Shown here in pieces: positions 61,571 to 64,000 of a stretch of 64,000 nt of DNA. Source of the DNA: an uncultured delta proteobacterium (GTDB taxonomy: Bacteria > Myxococcota_A > Polyangia > Palsa-1104); the NCBI GenBank assembly GCA_963785725.1, contig CAWAWS010000006.1, positions 350,109 to 414,108 on the forward strand, given 5' to 3'. Each line of letters opens with the position of its first letter. Within the stretch, counting starts at the first letter, position 1. Below the pieces are notes generated by a model, which was not told where the DNA came from, ran no database searches, and saw nothing but the letters and a program-made list of their open reading frames with translations. The position numbers and the translations under genes were made by a program.

Positions 61571-63526
61571 ATGATCGAGGAGGCGAACCTGCCTTCTTCT
61601 GCCGGATCCAGCCCCGGAGAAGTCACCGTCGGACAGACGCTGGGCAAGTACGAAATCCTGCAGCGGTTGGCCGCGGGCGGAATGGCCGAGATATTTCTCG
61701 CGCGCACCGTCGGAGTGCTGGGTTTCGACAAGCTCGTCGTCATCAAACGCATCCTGCCGCACCTGGCGTCGCGCAACGACTTCATCGAGATGTTCCTCGA
61801 CGAAGCGCGCATCGCGACGACGCTCGGGCACGCCAATATCGTGCAGACGCACGAGGTCGGTGTGCACGGCAAGAGCTACTTCATGGCGATGGAGTATCTC
61901 GCCGGCGAAGACGTGCGCACGATCGTGCGTCACGTCGGGCGCGATGGCGCGCGCATGCCGATCGAGCACGCGCTCAGCGTCGCCATCGGCGTCGCCGCCG
62001 GCCTGCATTACGCGCACGAGAAGCGCGATCGCGACAAGAAGCCGCTCGACATCGTGCATCGCGACGTGACGCCGCAAAACGTCATCGTCACTTATGACGG
62101 CGCGGTCAAGCTGCTCGATTTCGGCATCGCCAAGGCGTCGAACCGCATGAACGAGACGCGGTCGGGCAGCTTCAAAGGCAAAGTGCCGTACATGTCGCCC
62201 GAGCAGTGCCGCGGCGAGCCGCTCGATCGGCGCACCGACATCTTCTCGCTCGGCATTCTCTTGTACGAGATGACGCTCGGTCGCCGCCTGTTCGCGGGCG
62301 ATACCGACTTCCAGATCCTGAAGCAAATCGTCGAAGGGCCGATTCGGCCGCCGCACGAGGTCGATCCCAGCTACGACCCGCGGCTCTCGGCGATCGTCAT
62401 GAAGACGCTGGCGCCCGATCCGAAGCAGCGTTTTCAGACGGCGCGCGAGCTGCAAATGGCGCTCGACGAGCTGGCGCACGAGCTCCGGCTGCGGCTGTCG
62501 CCGATCGCGCTCGCCGACTACATGCATCGGCTGTTCGCCGAGAAGATCGGCAACTGGGAGCGCGCGGCGGCGGACGGCGACGTCGCCAAGCTCGAGGCGC
62601 ACTTCGCGACGGTGCTGGCCGAGCGCGAGGCCGACTTGGCGGCGGAAGAGGCGCAGCCGCTCGTCCCCGTCGGCTCGCGGCCGCGCTCCGACGTGCAGAT
62701 GGTCGAGCTCGAGTTCTTGCCCGACGAGGATCTGCGGCCGGTGTCGCACCTCGGTCGCTGGCTGGGCGCGGCCGCGCTCGTGGCGGCGGTCGTCATCGGC
62801 GCCTGGCAGCTGCACGGGCGCGGCGGCGACAACGTCGCGCACGCAGCCACCGTCGCTGCCAGCGCGCCGGCTTCCGCGCCGCCGATGGCGACGAGCGCGC
62901 CCGCCGCGGCGTTGGCGCCGCCCGTGCAGCGCGAAATCCCCGCGCCGCCGGGCGCGTCGGCGACGGTGGAAGTCGTGACGGCGCCGCCGGGCGCGACCTT
63001 GGTACTGGACGGTACCACGCTGACGGATCAGAGCCCGGCGCGGCTGACGGTGACGCCGGGCATCGCGCACACGCTGTCGGTGCACACGACCGGACGACCG
63101 GGCGTGAGCCAGCGCTTCCAGCTCGACGCCGGCGAAGAGGCGACGATCGAGATCGACTTGCGGCGCGCGGCGGCGCACGCCGCGGCGACGGCGGTCAGGC
63201 GCGGCGCGACCTTGCCGACGGCGACGCCGAACGCCAAAGGCGCGCACGCGGCGGCGACGACCATCCCGGCGACGATGCCGCTGGTGGCGCCGGTGGCGCC
63301 GGCCGTGCCCAAAGGTGACGGCAGCCTCGTCCTCGCGTCGAGCCCGTGGTGCAACGTCACCGTCGACGGCCAGTCGCGCGGGACGACGCCGCTGAACCTG
63401 AAGCTCAAAGCGGGCAGCCACGAAGTCGTGCTCGCCAACCCCGAGTTCAAGATCAAGCGCACGCTGGCCGTCGACATCGAGCCCAATCAGACGGTGCGCA
63501 AGAGCCTCGACTTCGCGCCCGAGTGA
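61571..63526 (+). CDS. Hanks-type Ser/Thr kinase with TM and two PEGA-like domains
   Basis: AAGGMAEIF, FLDEARI, HRDVTPQN, DFGIAK, KGKVPYMSPE; PPGA..LDG and PWCNVTVDG..GTTP. Confidence 0.93.
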   Translation: MIEEANLPSSAGSSPGEVTVGQTLGKYEILQRLAAGGMAEIFLARTVGVLGFDKLVVIKRILPHLASRNDFIEMFLDEARIATTLGHANIVQTHEVGVHGKSYFMAMEYLAGEDVRTIVRHVGRDGARMPIEHALSVAIGVAAGLHYAHEKRDRDKKPLDIVHRDVTPQNVIVTYDGAVKLLDFGIAKASNRMNETRSGSFKGKVPYMSPEQCRGEPLDRRTDIFSLGILLYEMTLGRRLFAGDTDFQILKQIVEGPIRPPHEVDPSYDPRLSAIVMKTLAPDPKQRFQTARELQMALDELAHELRLRLSPIALADYMHRLFAEKIGNWERAAADGDVAKLEAHFATVLAEREADLAAEEAQPLVPVGSRPRSDVQMVELEFLPDEDLRPVSHLGRWLGAAALVAAVVIGAWQLHGRGGDNVAHAATVAASAPASAPPMATSAPAAALAPPVQREIPAPPGASATVEVVTAPPGATLVLDGTTLTDQSPARLTVTPGIAHTLSVHTTGRPGVSQRFQLDAGEEATIEIDLRRAAAHAAATAVRRGATLPTATPNAKGAHAAATTIPATMPLVAPVAPAVPKGDGSLVLASSPWCNVTVDGQSRGTTPLNLKLKAGSHEVVLANPEFKIKRTLAVDIEPNQTVRKSLDFAPE

Positions 63527-63626
63527 GCAAGCGTTGCATGGAGCGACCCGGCGAAGGCGCCGGCTGTCACCGCGGACGGACCTCGGGCCCTTGACGTAGC
63601 GGCGTCGCTGCCGAAGACCTAGGCTC

Positions 63627-64000
63627 ATGGGCAGCGCCGCAACCGCCGCTTGGCCCGCGTTGGCCGCGCGCATCCTCGTCGTCGACGACATCGCCGCCAA
63701 TCGCACGGCCGTCAATGCCGTCCTCCATCCGCTCGGCCAGGAATTGATCGAGGCGCGCTCGGGCGAAGAGGCGCTCAAGGCCACGCTGCAGAACGACTTC
63801 GCCGTCATCTTGATGGACGTGCAGATGCCGGGCATGGATGGCTTCGCCGTCGTCGAGCTGCTGCGTCAGCGGGAGCGCACGCGTTTCACGCCGGTCATCT
63901 TCATCACGGCGTTCGGCGACATCTCGGCGTCGGCGCGCGGCTACTCGCTGGGCGCGTTCGACTTCATCGCCAAGCCGTTCGATCCCGACGTCTTGCGCGC
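63627..64000 (+). CDS. Response regulator receiver-domain protein (partial, runs off window end)
   Basis: Read manually: ILVVDD, ILMDVQMPGMDGF, PVIFITA, KPF. Confidence 0.88.
   Translation, partial: MGSAATAAWPALAARILVVDDIAANRTAVNAVLHPLGQELIEARSGEEALKATLQNDFAVILMDVQMPGMDGFAVVELLRQRERTRFTPVIFITAFGDISASARGYSLGAFDFIAKPFDPDVLR

Overview
High-GC (about 70%) bacterial chromosomal segment. Its gene content (Ser/Thr kinases with PEGA-like tails, TPR proteins, Cys-rich lipoproteins, a zinc-ribbon/GYF/TonB-C protein, an FHA-GGDEF cyclase) points to a Myxococcota (Polyangia-like) genome; this is inference from content only. Housekeeping genes include hisZ-purA, a class V aminotransferase, an ABC-F ATPase, ltaE and tRNA-Cys. 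There is a duplicated-subunit Mla/MCE lipid transporter operon, a four-gene PilZ/methyltransferase/hybrid-kinase operon, and a large phosphate locus (pit, DUF47, phoRB, pstSCAB, phoU, two further phoB paralogues, a metallophosphoesterase and a GT21 glycosyltransferase). No integrase, transposase, prophage or CRISPR array is visible. There is one 155-bp MITE-like element and one REP-like composite repeat. Six genes are each broken by a single extra base, most likely sequencing or assembly errors. Best candidates for undescribed biology: (1) the translationally coupled PilZ-acyltransferase-like / methyltransferase / V4R hybrid kinase / REC-kinase operon; (2) an Mla system whose two ATPases carry complementary degenerate motifs; (3) a short ENSVLFSL motif shared by three membrane proteins; (4) a possible Pho-linked lipid-remodelling pair; (5) a recurrent leaderless-mRNA promoter signature. 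All product calls come from motif recognition by eye; no database searches were run.
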